64,000 bases of DNA from an uncultured Methanosarcinales archaeon. GTDB taxonomy: Archaea > Nanobdellota > Nanobdellia > Woesearchaeales > ARS49. Below the pieces are notes generated by a model. It worked only from the letters and a program-made list of their open reading frames with translations. It had not been told where the DNA came from and made no database searches. Below are positions 20,002 through 29,960 of this stretch, in pieces (within the stretch, counting starts at the first letter, position 1; each line of letters begins with the position of its first letter). The stretch is from assembly GCA_964637115.1 (NCBI GenBank), contig CAZWVL010000006.1, positions 1 through 64,000 of the forward strand. The letters are read 5' to 3'. The translations under genes and the position numbers were made by a program.

Positions 20002-21552
20002 ATGAAGTCTGATTTTTTTCACAGACATGAAAGGAAGATCGTCATCTTATTACTGTGCATTTTTGCAGTACAGGTTCTCAATGAAATTTTCACATATTTT
20101 GAAACATACGATGAACGCGGCAACATAAATGCCGGGTATCAATATCTTAAAACAGGCGAAACAAATATAGGCCCTGCAAACCCCATATTGCCACGCATAC
20201 TTAATGCGTTGCCTGGCCTGATTTATTACAACACTAATCCTCCAACTCAATGGGGCGATAACCCCTTTGGGCCGAATTTTAAAACTGTTTTGATAATATC
20301 AAGAATAAAAACACTCATCTTCGGAATAATTTTGGGAATTCTGGTTTACTTGTTGGCAAAAAAGCTTTTTGGAATAGATGCGGCTCTTCTCGCACTCTTT
20401 TTTTACGCCTTTGAGCCCAACATTCTTGCTCATTCCAGTCTAGCAACTACTGATATTTTGATTACATTCTTTATTTTTGTTTCAGTAATTTGTTTCTATA
20501 AATTCCTTCTAGTGCCTTCAATTAAATCAAGTATTATTGCAGGCATCACTCTTGGACTGGCGCTCATATCAAAATTCACAGCAATACTTCTCATTCCTGC
20601 CTTTTTTTTGCTTGCCATTCGTTTTTGCGGGACCAGAAGCAAAAAACAATATTGTGGTCTGTTTGCAATTATCTTAATCTCATCGCTTTTTGTCATCAAT
20701 GTAGCATACCTTTTCAAAGGAACATTCGTGCCTCTTGAAGCGCAAGGATTGCAATCAAATCTGTTTACAAAATTGCCTGAATTTTTGAAAAAAATGCCGG
20801 CTCTTCTGCCAACAAACTATCTACGAGCGCTTGACTATGTCCAGGGACCTCATGCAGATTTCCCTACTGCATATCTATTCGGCAGATATTCTGAAAAAGG
20901 CTTTTGGTATTATTACATTGTGGCGTTTTTTATTAAAACACCCATACCATTGATTTTATGCATCATAATAGGACTGATTTTACTATCTAGAGATAAAAAA
21001 ATAAATGAGTTGCTGATTCTGCTTTCCCCAGTTGTTGTCTTTTTTATTTTCTTCATGTTCTTTAGCCACAAAAACATAGGTTTGCGTTACATCCTGCCAG
21101 TCTACCCTTTCCTGATAATCGTTGCCGGAACAAGCATAAACTGGCTGCGAAAGAAAAAGATTCTTCTGTACTTTTTTTGTGCATCGTACGTTTTATCTGC
21201 ATGGATGATAGCACCAAACCACATTGCCTATTTCAATGAATTCGTGGGAGGCCCTTCAAACGGGTACAAATACCTTATTGACTCCAATCTTGACTGGGGC
21301 CAAGGAGAAATGATGGTCTGGCATTACATGAATAGGGCTGGCGTTCCAGTGATAAAAAATCCCGGGTGCGAATATACTCCAGGCAGAATAGTCGTAGGTG
21401 CAAATTTTTTAGCGGATTTGTTCACAGAAAATAAGCAATGTCATGAATGGCTCAGAAACTTTACTCCAATAACACATGTTGGATATGCTAATTTGGTGTA
21501 TGAGGTGCCAGAAAGGACAAATGAAACAAAAATCAATGCGACAAGCGAATGA
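20002..21552 (+). CDS. GT-C fold polytopic glycosyltransferase (ArnT-like); paralogue of 22743
   Basis: TYDERG, EPNILAHSSLATTD, SKF, GLRYILP, DSNLDWGQ. Confidence 0.82.
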   Translation: MKSDFFHRHERKIVILLLCIFAVQVLNEIFTYFETYDERGNINAGYQYLKTGETNIGPANPILPRILNALPGLIYYNTNPPTQWGDNPFGPNFKTVLIISRIKTLIFGIILGILVYLLAKKLFGIDAALLALFFYAFEPNILAHSSLATTDILITFFIFVSVICFYKFLLVPSIKSSIIAGITLGLALISKFTAILLIPAFFLLAIRFCGTRSKKQYCGLFAIILISSLFVINVAYLFKGTFVPLEAQGLQSNLFTKLPEFLKKMPALLPTNYLRALDYVQGPHADFPTAYLFGRYSEKGFWYYYIVAFFIKTPIPLILCIIIGLILLSRDKKINELLILLSPVVVFFIFFMFFSHKNIGLRYILPVYPFLIIVAGTSINWLRKKKILLYFFCASYVLSAWMIAPNHIAYFNEFVGGPSNGYKYLIDSNLDWGQGEMMVWHYMNRAGVPVIKNPGCEYTPGRIVVGANFLADLFTENKQCHEWLRNFTPITHVGYANLVYEVPERTNETKINATSE

Positions 21553-21795
21553 ATCAACAGAATCTAAAAAGCTGTCCGGGTTTCAGATGGCTATTCTGAT
21601 TGCCATCAGTCATTCATAATCAAAAAGGACTTGGCAGTGACATATGATTACCATAGTTATCCAATTTGCGCAGATTTCAACTGCACCGTCTCCATTTATT
21701 TATCATCGCAACATGCATACCCAGCTATTAAGAAAGTCGCCGGTTCAATTAAGGAAAATGCTGAATGAATTGGCACATAATAAAACACGTAATTT
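21521..21795 (+). pseudogene. Composite deletion scar: 5' end of a 24296-like GT-C fused to fragments of a 17335-like GT2
   Basis: KLSGFQMAILIAI matches the start of 24296. CHQSFIIKKDLAVTYDYHSYPICAD matches CHQSFIIKKELAQQYDYKNFPYSAD of 17335, and SPVQLRKMLN matches SPAQLREELN. The first junction is at the shared TGCCATC (21601-21607). Confidence 0.85.
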
Positions 21796-21823
21796 TTAAA
21801 ATGAAACTCGTTATTCAAGATTT

Positions 21824-22681
21824 ATGGATGTAAGCATAGGAATACTAGCGCACAATGAGGGAAAAAATATTGGGGGGCTTTTGAATTCTTTACTTCATCA
21901 ACGATTGAATAGGGTCGCCATTAAGGAAATTATCGTGATTTCTTCTGGAAGTACCGATGATACAAATCAGATTGTGCACGAATTTCGAAAGATTGACGAT
22001 AGAATAAAATTTATTACGGAAAGGAAACGCAAAGGAAAAGTGTCAGCAATAAACAGATTTTTGCAAACTGCAAAAAACGATATTCTGGTTCAAATAAGCG
22101 GGGATGTTTTGCCTGCACGGGATTCAGTGGAAGAACTTTGTAAACCTCTTGTTGATCCGAGAGTCGGAATTGTAGCATGCCACCCGATTCCTGTTGATAA
22201 GATGTCGAACATATTAGGCATATTAATTAATTTTCGGTGGGAGATGCAACATCAACTAAGCCTTCTGAGCCCAAAAGTTGGAGAAATGATTGCTTTTAGA
22301 AATGAAATAAAAAAAATGCCACTTAATTCGGTTGACGAAGATTATATGGCGTATATGCTATTCAGAAAAGGATTTGTGACTGAGTATGCACCAAATTCGG
22401 TAGTCTACAACAAAGGGCCATCTACAATTTCAGACTTCGTCAAGCAAAGAAGAAGAATTTATTCTGGTTTGACGGAGTTGCACAGAGCCAATGAATTCTG
22501 CACTCCTACACGCCGGTATCGTTTACTTTTGAGAGCGGCGTTAAAAACCATCCCAAAATATGAGAGACATTTCTTTTGCATCATTTTGGCAGTAATTCTA
22601 GAAATGTACAGCAGAATGTTGGGAGTATACGATTTTTACATTAAGAAAGACAAACACATTATTTGGGAAGTCTTAAAATAA
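21824..22681 (+). CDS. GT2 glycosyltransferase
   Basis: IGILAHNEG, SSGSTDDT, RKGKVSAIN, VDEDY, QRRR. Confidence 0.9.
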   Translation: MDVSIGILAHNEGKNIGGLLNSLLHQRLNRVAIKEIIVISSGSTDDTNQIVHEFRKIDDRIKFITERKRKGKVSAINRFLQTAKNDILVQISGDVLPARDSVEELCKPLVDPRVGIVACHPIPVDKMSNILGILINFRWEMQHQLSLLSPKVGEMIAFRNEIKKMPLNSVDEDYMAYMLFRKGFVTEYAPNSVVYNKGPSTISDFVKQRRRIYSGLTELHRANEFCTPTRRYRLLLRAALKTIPKYERHFFCIILAVILEMYSRMLGVYDFYIKKDKHIIWEVLK

Positions 22682-22742
22682 TTCTAATTATTGTTCAAAA
22701 CAATCACAAGTTTATTAAATAAATTTTCAAACTTCTGAACCG

Positions 22743-24299
22743 ATGAAGTTTCTGGAGACGTATTGGAAAGTCACCGCAGTAATTCTTCTATGCGCATTTG
22801 CATTGCAAGTCTTAGGAGAAATTTTTACCTATTCTGAAACGTACGATGAGAGAGGACTCATTAACGTCGGCTACAGATATCTGAGAGATGGTGAATTCAA
22901 TATAAGCATTAATCCGCCTCTAACCAGCGTCCTTAACGCGCTTCCAGGGTTACTATACGATGCACCATCGCCAACAAGATGGTCCAGTGATCCGTTTAAG
23001 GAGAATTTCTTCAATGTGCTGATTTTATCCCGACTTAAAACACTCATTTTTGGAATCTTACTTGGAATTTTTATTCTTATTTTCACCAAGAAACTGTTTG
23101 GAACACGCGCCGGATTGCTGGCCTTATTTTTATTTTCTTTCGAGCCAAACATCATAACTCATTCCAGTCTGGCCACAACAGACCTTTTAACTGCCTTCTT
23201 CGTGTTTACGTCTGCATACTACTTCTACAAATTCATTCAACAGCCAGAACTTAAAACAAGCATTATTGCGGGAATATTCCTCGGATTTGCACTGATATCC
23301 AAGTTTACAGCCATTCTACTAATTCCTGCTTACATTTTGATAATACTGTTATTTTTGACAACGAAAAACAGGCGTAAATACTTCACTTTTTTTGCATTAA
23401 CATTATTTATTTCAGTACTGATAATTAACTCTGCATATTTGTTCAAAGGCACATTTACAACTCTTGGCGCACAAAATGTCAGCTCACCATTGTTCAAAGC
23501 CTTGCCAGATTTTATGCCATTATTTTTACCAGCAAAATATATTGAAGGTCTTGGATTCATACAAAGACCTCATGCAGGCCATGCAACCGCTTATTTCCAC
23601 GGAAGATATTCGGAAACAGGATTCTGGTATTACTATTTGGTCGCCTTCGCGATAAAAACTCCAATACCCTTGATGATTCTGTTCATCCTGGGCGTTATCT
23701 GGCTGGCCAAGAATGGCAAAAGACAATTATATTTTCTGATGATTCCAGTGTTTGCATTCCTGATTTTCTTCATTTTTTACACCCAAAAGAACATAGGCCT
23801 ACGATACGTCCTGCCTATCTATCCATTTTTGATGGTTATTGGAGGTACAAGCATAGAATTTTTCCAGAAGAGGAAAGCATTGCTATTCTGCCTGGGAGCA
23901 TGGTATGTACTTTCTGCCTTTATGATTTCTCCACACAATCTCGCATATTTTAATGAAATTGTTGGCGGACCGAGTAACGGCTACAAATATTTGATTGACT
24001 CAAACATAGACTGGGGACAGGGTAATAATGTGCTTAATACATATCTGCACAGTATTAACACCAGCGTACAAGACAACATTTACAGCTCATACCTGAATGG
24101 CATCAATACAACAATAAAGCCAAACCCTGGCTGCGAGTACACGGAAGGGAAAATAATAATTGGTGTCAATGTGTTATATGATTTGTTCGTCGGCAACAAG
24201 AAATGCCACGAGTGGCTCAGAAATCTAACGCCAACAAGATATATTGGTTATTCTATTTTTGTGTATGATATTCCTGAGAAATCAAATGAAACAACATGA
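22743..24299 (+). CDS. GT-C fold polytopic glycosyltransferase (ArnT-like); paralogue of 20002
   Basis: TYDERG, EPNIITHSSLATTD, SKF, GLRYVLP, DSNIDWGQ. Confidence 0.82.
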   Translation: MKFLETYWKVTAVILLCAFALQVLGEIFTYSETYDERGLINVGYRYLRDGEFNISINPPLTSVLNALPGLLYDAPSPTRWSSDPFKENFFNVLILSRLKTLIFGILLGIFILIFTKKLFGTRAGLLALFLFSFEPNIITHSSLATTDLLTAFFVFTSAYYFYKFIQQPELKTSIIAGIFLGFALISKFTAILLIPAYILIILLFLTTKNRRKYFTFFALTLFISVLIINSAYLFKGTFTTLGAQNVSSPLFKALPDFMPLFLPAKYIEGLGFIQRPHAGHATAYFHGRYSETGFWYYYLVAFAIKTPIPLMILFILGVIWLAKNGKRQLYFLMIPVFAFLIFFIFYTQKNIGLRYVLPIYPFLMVIGGTSIEFFQKRKALLFCLGAWYVLSAFMISPHNLAYFNEIVGGPSNGYKYLIDSNIDWGQGNNVLNTYLHSINTSVQDNIYSSYLNGINTTIKPNPGCEYTEGKIIIGVNVLYDLFVGNKKCHEWLRNLTPTRYIGYSIFVYDIPEKSNETT

Positions 24300-25909
24300 T
24301 TAAACAAACAAATAAATCAACTATGCCTAGTAAGCTGTCCGGTTTTCAGATGGCTATCCTGATTGCCATCTTGCTATTGGGATTTGCAGTCCGTACATAC
24401 AAGCTTGCAGAAATCCCTCCTGGATTTTTTGCCGATGAAGCAGTCACAGGAGTGGATGCGTATGACTTAATAAAATATGGAACAGACCTTTATGGCCGCC
24501 GCATGCCCATTTTCTTTCAAGCGCTTGGCGAGTATAAGAGTGGCATGCAAGCATATCTGACAGTTCCGTTTGTATTGATTTTTGGACTAAATGAGTTTTC
24601 AGTGCGATTTACCTCGGCATTCTTTGGAGTACTCAGCATACTTATGCTGTACACACTAGTGAAGGAATTGTTCAAAGGCAATTCTCAAAATACGTGGATA
24701 GCTATGTTTTCTGCCTTATTTCTAGCAATTTCTCCCTGGCACATTCACTTTAGCCGCATTGGCTGGGATGCATATATGCCGTTCCTATTGCTCACAATGC
24801 TTGGCTTGTATTTCCTTCTTAAAGCTCAAAATTCGCCAAAATTCATTGTCCTTGGCGTGATTTCATTTGCCTTGGGAGTTTACAGTTATTCTCCGTCCAG
24901 AATATTCATACCCTTATTCGGCCTGGGTCTTTTCCTTTATTATTTCAAACTCTTCTTGAGAAATAAAATAATTACAATCATCTGTTTTGTGCTGCTCATC
25001 TTTTTGCTCAGACCGTTTATAGGCTTCCATCTGGGCCCAGAAGGCTGGCTGCGCTGGCATCAGGCAAGCATATTCTCAAATCCTCCGAGCGATCAAAGCG
25101 TATTGCGTTATATATCAACCAATTACCTTAGTCATTTTTCCTTAAGCTTTCTATTCCTTAAAGGTGATATCGACATGCCAGGCCAGTCCGTCATGAGGCA
25201 TTCTGTCCGGGGTATTGGCGAACTATATTTATTCCAATTGCCACTGATTCTTCTCGGCATATGGTTCCTGTGCAAGAAACAATATCGGCCCGTGTTGTTC
25301 ATTCTTGGACTATGGCTTTTATTGTATCCTTTAGGAAGTGCAGTGGCTGCGACCAAAAGCGCACAAGCCACACGCTCTTTCATAGGAGTTATTCCTTTCC
25401 AGATTATTTCTGCAGTTGGACTCATTTTTATCTGGAATTTGGTACCTAAAAGAAAAATGTGGCAGTATGGTGCAGGAGCAACCATTGCATTAATAATTTT
25501 GTTCTCATTCACACATTATCTCAATCTTTACTTTGTGAAATATCCGAATTACTCTGCTGACTTTTGGGGATGGCAATACGGCCCGCGTGAAATAATTACA
25601 TACTTTATGTCTGTTGAGAATCAATATGACGAGCTGCTAATGCCGACAGCTTGGCCGATTATCAAGATTCCTGCTTTCAATGCCCCCGGAATTTTCATAC
25701 CATTCTATACGCAGAATACTGAGAAAGGATGCAAAAAATGCAAATTGGGGTGGGTTGAACAATATAACGCTTCATTGAAGCAGTTATTTGCTGTGGCACC
25801 TTCAGAATTGAATCAGTCAGCATACAACGCAACTTTTACTGTAAATCATACTGTATATTATCCTAACGGATATCCTGCATTCTTAATTGGAGAAATTGTT
25901 AAGTCCTAA
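24296..25909 (+). CDS. GT-C fold glycosyltransferase (GT39/GT83-like)
   Basis: PPGFFADEA, FSVRFTSA, SPWHIHFSR, YSYSPSR, multiple TM segments. Confidence 0.85.
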   Translation: MIKQTNKSTMPSKLSGFQMAILIAILLLGFAVRTYKLAEIPPGFFADEAVTGVDAYDLIKYGTDLYGRRMPIFFQALGEYKSGMQAYLTVPFVLIFGLNEFSVRFTSAFFGVLSILMLYTLVKELFKGNSQNTWIAMFSALFLAISPWHIHFSRIGWDAYMPFLLLTMLGLYFLLKAQNSPKFIVLGVISFALGVYSYSPSRIFIPLFGLGLFLYYFKLFLRNKIITIICFVLLIFLLRPFIGFHLGPEGWLRWHQASIFSNPPSDQSVLRYISTNYLSHFSLSFLFLKGDIDMPGQSVMRHSVRGIGELYLFQLPLILLGIWFLCKKQYRPVLFILGLWLLLYPLGSAVAATKSAQATRSFIGVIPFQIISAVGLIFIWNLVPKRKMWQYGAGATIALIILFSFTHYLNLYFVKYPNYSADFWGWQYGPREIITYFMSVENQYDELLMPTAWPIIKIPAFNAPGIFIPFYTQNTEKGCKKCKLGWVEQYNASLKQLFAVAPSELNQSAYNATFTVNHTVYYPNGYPAFLIGEIVKS

Positions 25910-25968
25910 GAACATATTTGAATCACTATTTCACTTCCACAATCTTTAAATCTCGAACAATATACCTG

Positions 25969-26925
25969 ATGATCATGAAAGCAGTGGTTACAGGGGGAGC
26001 AGGGTTTATCGGAAGCAACCTGGTAGACAAATTGCTCGAACAGGGACACGATGTTACAGTAATAGACAATTTTTCTTCAGGCAAGGAAGAGAATTTGGCA
26101 CAGCATAAGAATAACCCGCGCTTGACTGTTCATAGAAAAGACATAAATGAGAATATTGTGGATGAATTCAAGGATGTTGAAGTTGTATTTCATCTTGCCG
26201 CAATTCCTCTTGTGCAGTTTTCAATTCAGCATCCCAAGGAAACGCATCATAATAACGTGACTGGAACATTGAATGTCCTTGAAAACGCACGTGCTGCAGG
26301 TGTAAAAAGACTGGTTTTTGTTTCATCCGCATCAATTTACGGCGACCAGGAAAAGCTGCCCTTTACTGAGGAGATGCTTCCAAAGCCAATGTCACCTTAT
26401 GCCTCTCACAAGATATCAGGAGAATATTACTGCAAGCTTTTCTATCAACTATATGGCTTTGAAACCGTTTGCTTGCGTTACTTCAACGTCTTTGGGCCTA
26501 GACACGATCCTAATAGCAATTATGCCTGCCTGATACCTCGTTCAATTGTAAGAGTGCTGAACGGCCAGTCAATCACCATTTATGGTGACGGAGAGCAGAC
26601 AAGAGACTTCATCTATGTTGGAGATATTGTTGATGCCACTATCGCGGCAGGATTTACTCCTTCAAAGAATTGTCTTGGGCAATCAATCAACATAGCTTCT
26701 GGCAGGGAAACGAGCGTGAATGAAATAGCCAAAAACATTCTTGCCCTGCAAACTGGAAAAATTGAATATCTCCCTGCAGTTAAAGAACCACGACGCAATG
26801 TCGCAGATGTTACAAAAGCACATCAATTACTTGGCTGGACGCCTCGCATTTCGCTCAAAGAAGGAATCATGCTAACATTCAACTCATTCAAGACATCAGT
26901 ACTTAAACCAGAAACGCGTTCGTAA
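25969..26925 (+). CDS. NAD-dependent epimerase (UDP-hexose/HexNAc 4-epimerase-like SDR)
   Basis: VVTGGAGFIGSNL, FHLAA, SSASIYG, SPYASHK, RYFNVFGPR, GDGEQTRDF. Start ATG 25969 or 25975. Confidence 0.92.
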   Translation: MIMKAVVTGGAGFIGSNLVDKLLEQGHDVTVIDNFSSGKEENLAQHKNNPRLTVHRKDINENIVDEFKDVEVVFHLAAIPLVQFSIQHPKETHHNNVTGTLNVLENARAAGVKRLVFVSSASIYGDQEKLPFTEEMLPKPMSPYASHKISGEYYCKLFYQLYGFETVCLRYFNVFGPRHDPNSNYACLIPRSIVRVLNGQSITIYGDGEQTRDFIYVGDIVDATIAAGFTPSKNCLGQSINIASGRETSVNEIAKNILALQTGKIEYLPAVKEPRRNVADVTKAHQLLGWTPRISLKEGIMLTFNSFKTSVLKPETRS

Positions 26926-27621
26926 TTTCATCAAACTCCATACATAATCAACAATAATTCTGCCAATCTTGACCTTGCTTTCCTTTCTTTCTGCCCACGC
27001 AACAGGAATTTGTGCTATGTTAAACCCGCAGTGCTCTGAAAGCAATATTAGCTCCGTGTCAAAGAACCATTTGTTGTCCTGCACGTGAGGCAAAAGCAAT
27101 TTTACAACAGGTTTTCGGAAGAATTTGAAGCCGCACTGGGCGTCTGTGATGCGAGTTGTAGGGAAAAAAATTCTGATTAGAACGTTATATCCGCGCGACA
27201 ACAGCTCTCTAAAAGGAGACCTCTCAACTTCTGATTGTGCAGTTAATCTGTTTCCGATTGCAACATCAGCTTTCTCGTTTACAATCGCGTTAAGGCACTT
27301 TGGAACTGCATCAAGTTCTGTTGACAAATCAGCATCCATGTAACCAACAATGGAATTTTTGCTTCCTAGCCAGGCTAGCCTGAGTGCTTTTGCCCTGCCT
27401 CTTTCAGGTATGTGCAGGAATTTGATATGCTTGAATCTTTTACTGAGCTTTGTTCCGATTTCAACTGTTCTGTCAGTGGAGCCATTGCTGAAAATTGTTA
27501 TATTCCACGGAATGCCACAATTTTTAGCCATGAAATTATGCAAAATACGCATATTCTTTTCGAGCAGTGCTTCTTCATTCAAGCACGGTATTACAACGGA
27601 AACGCTGTGTTTTGCCCCCAT
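26896..27621 (-). CDS. GT2 dolichol-phosphate glycosyltransferase (Dol-P-Glc/Man synthase-like)
   Basis: SVVIPCLNEE, NGSTDRT, YMDADLS, DAQCGFK, WFFDTELI. Confidence 0.9.
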   Translation of the reverse strand: MGAKHSVSVVIPCLNEEALLEKNMRILHNFMAKNCGIPWNITIFSNGSTDRTVEIGTKLSKRFKHIKFLHIPERGRAKALRLAWLGSKNSIVGYMDADLSTELDAVPKCLNAIVNEKADVAIGNRLTAQSEVERSPFRELLSRGYNVLIRIFFPTTRITDAQCGFKFFRKPVVKLLLPHVQDNKWFFDTELILLSEHCGFNIAQIPVAWAERKESKVKIGRIIVDYVWSLMKLRTRFWFKY

Positions 27622-27646
27622 GATTAAAACCCTTTAATGATGATAT

Positions 27647-28933
27647 TTAAAGTTTTATAGCATCCAATGTTTGTTTTACAATTTCTTTTGCAAATGATAC
27701 AGATTTGTCGATGCTTCGCTCAGGATAGGAGTTGAACATTCCTGCTACAAACAAGTTTGATACGGGCGTGTTTACTGGCACCATGTGCTTTAAAATGCCC
27801 ATATGATAAATAAGTCCTGCTGCCGGAAGTCTGAACACTTTGTGCCATTTGACTTCTTGTTTGCCGAAAATCCTGTCCATGTCTGCAATATAAGCTTCTC
27901 CAACTTCCTTTTCGCTCATCTGCCACACTTTGCTCTGTTTATCGGGATAACTTGCAAGGTATACAAAATGGTCGCCTTCATAATTTGAAGCTGAAACGAA
28001 GTTTGTCTGCTCGATTACTGCACCGAAATGTGCCTTTTCAAGAATGTTCGTCCAATAGTAAGGAGTTAATGGTTTGTTTAAACCAACAAGCACACAGCAG
28101 GCTCCTTGATATTCTAGACTTTCCAGTTTTTTTGAATATTCTTTTGGAAATTTGACAAATTGCAGCAAGATTCGTGGCGGCAGTGTTGAAACCAATGTTT
28201 TTGCCTCAACTTCCATGTTATCGTATTTGACGCGTACAATATTCTTCTCCATTTCTACTTCTTTTACTGTCGCATTTAATTCTACATTACTGCCCTGCTT
28301 TTCGATTGCGTCAACTACAGCACTTGTAAGAACTTGGAATCCACCGTGAATGTAGCCGAGTTTTTCGCCTTTCAAATTTCTATCGCTTCGCAATTTGATG
28401 CGTTCAATCATCCAAGCTGCTGAAATTCTTGCAAGGTCTCCGCCGAACTTTGACTGCAATAAAGGCCGGAAGAATCTTTCATATGTGCTATTGTTGCTAT
28501 ATTTAATCAAAAAATCTTTTGCACTGACATTGTCAAAGTTCGGATAGTCTTTTTCTTGAATAAGCTTGATCTTCAGCATCAAGCGACCAAGCGCGAACTT
28601 GTTCTTCAGTGAAAGCGGCTTGAAAGTTAGCAAATCGTGCGGTTTTGTAAGGCGGTAAAACCTGCCTTCTTCAAAAAAGGCTGTTGTCACGTAATCCCAG
28701 TCTATTGCAACATTGAGCTCTTCACACATTTTAATCGTAAGTTTATCGCGCGGAAACACATGATGGTAAAAATCGTCTACGTAGAAGGATTTAACTTTGG
28801 TTGCGTGCAACGCTCCTCCCGCTTCAGCTGATTTCTCTAGAACTAATACTTTCTTTCCTTTCTTGCCAAATTCATACGCTGCCGCAAGGCCTGCTATACC
28901 TGCCCCCAGTACTACTACATCATAGTGTCGCAT
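27647..28933 (-). CDS. FAD-dependent oxidoreductase (HemY/amine-oxidase superfamily, GT-cluster associated)
   Basis: VVVLGAGIAGLAAA, LEK...GGAL, FYHH.F, YPERSI. Confidence 0.82.
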   Translation of the reverse strand: MRHYDVVVLGAGIAGLAAAYEFGKKGKKVLVLEKSAEAGGALHATKVKSFYVDDFYHHVFPRDKLTIKMCEELNVAIDWDYVTTAFFEEGRFYRLTKPHDLLTFKPLSLKNKFALGRLMLKIKLIQEKDYPNFDNVSAKDFLIKYSNNSTYERFFRPLLQSKFGGDLARISAAWMIERIKLRSDRNLKGEKLGYIHGGFQVLTSAVVDAIEKQGSNVELNATVKEVEMEKNIVRVKYDNMEVEAKTLVSTLPPRILLQFVKFPKEYSKKLESLEYQGACCVLVGLNKPLTPYYWTNILEKAHFGAVIEQTNFVSASNYEGDHFVYLASYPDKQSKVWQMSEKEVGEAYIADMDRIFGKQEVKWHKVFRLPAAGLIYHMGILKHMVPVNTPVSNLFVAGMFNSYPERSIDKSVSFAKEIVKQTLDAIKL

Positions 28934-29067
28934 TCAATAAGGGCGTACATAAGTAGCTTTTTTAAAGTTTGTGTATTGTATGTCGCTTACACTTCAGGTA
29001 CTTTGGGGTGCCGTTGCAAGGATTAACTCTTGTTACTGATGCTATCAATAAACTTAAAAGCATTAGA

Positions 29068-29943
29068 ATGCTCTTATTATACATGAATATTATTCGACGC
29101 GTTATACGATGTGCACACATACCGTTATATGCTGCTAAATTGTTGTGGGAAACATACATTGCTTGGGGTTTTAGAAGATGGTTCGTTTTCTGGTTGTCGC
29201 GCAATGAAAGCATTTCATTGAAAATGAATGATTTGCACTTCTTGGTTCGCGGATCACCAATAACTTACAAGATGACAGACACTTTTGCAATTATGGAATC
29301 GCTCTATCATAATTTGTATAATCGTGAGTTTTTCAACAAAAAGCTTACCATCAATGAAAACGACACAGTTATTGATATTGGTGGTTACATCGGCTCTTTT
29401 GCGATTCCTGCCGCGCAGCACGCAAAAAGTGGCATTGTCTATACTTTTGAGCCTGCGCCAGAAAATTTTGTGCAACTTCAAAAAAACATTAAACTGAATG
29501 GAGTGAAAAATATCAGGGCCTTCAATCTTGGCATAACTGCGCACGACAGCAATATTAGTTTGTTTATGGACAATTTTAATCCAGCATCAAACAATATCTA
29601 CATAAAACGAGGTCGTGCTGTTGAGACGCAGGCATTATCACTTGAAACTGTTTTTAAGAGGCATTATATTCAAAAATGCAATTTTCTGAAAGTGGATTGT
29701 GAAGGTTCGGAATATGAAATTATTATGAATTTAAAGCCACAAATTTTGAAGAAGATTGAAAAAATTGCGTGCGAATACCACTGGCCTTCCTATTACGGAG
29801 TTGATAATCCACAGCATACTCCGCAGAAATTGGTCGCATTTCTCCGTAAAAACAATTTTTATGTCGTAATGAAGCGAGTTAATCCTTATATAGGCATGAT
29901 ATACGCCATTAAAATGTTTAAAAACAGCCATGCGCAAACTTAA
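29068..29943 (+). CDS. FkbM-family methyltransferase
   Basis: VIDIGGYIG.F, YTFEPAPENF, LKVDCEGSEYEI. Start uncertain (29068 or 29083). Confidence 0.9.
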   Translation: MLLLYMNIIRRVIRCAHIPLYAAKLLWETYIAWGFRRWFVFWLSRNESISLKMNDLHFLVRGSPITYKMTDTFAIMESLYHNLYNREFFNKKLTINENDTVIDIGGYIGSFAIPAAQHAKSGIVYTFEPAPENFVQLQKNIKLNGVKNIRAFNLGITAHDSNISLFMDNFNPASNNIYIKRGRAVETQALSLETVFKRHYIQKCNFLKVDCEGSEYEIIMNLKPQILKKIEKIACEYHWPSYYGVDNPQHTPQKLVAFLRKNNFYVVMKRVNPYIGMIYAIKMFKNSHAQT

Positions 29944-29960
29944 TAAAACCCTTCACTTCT

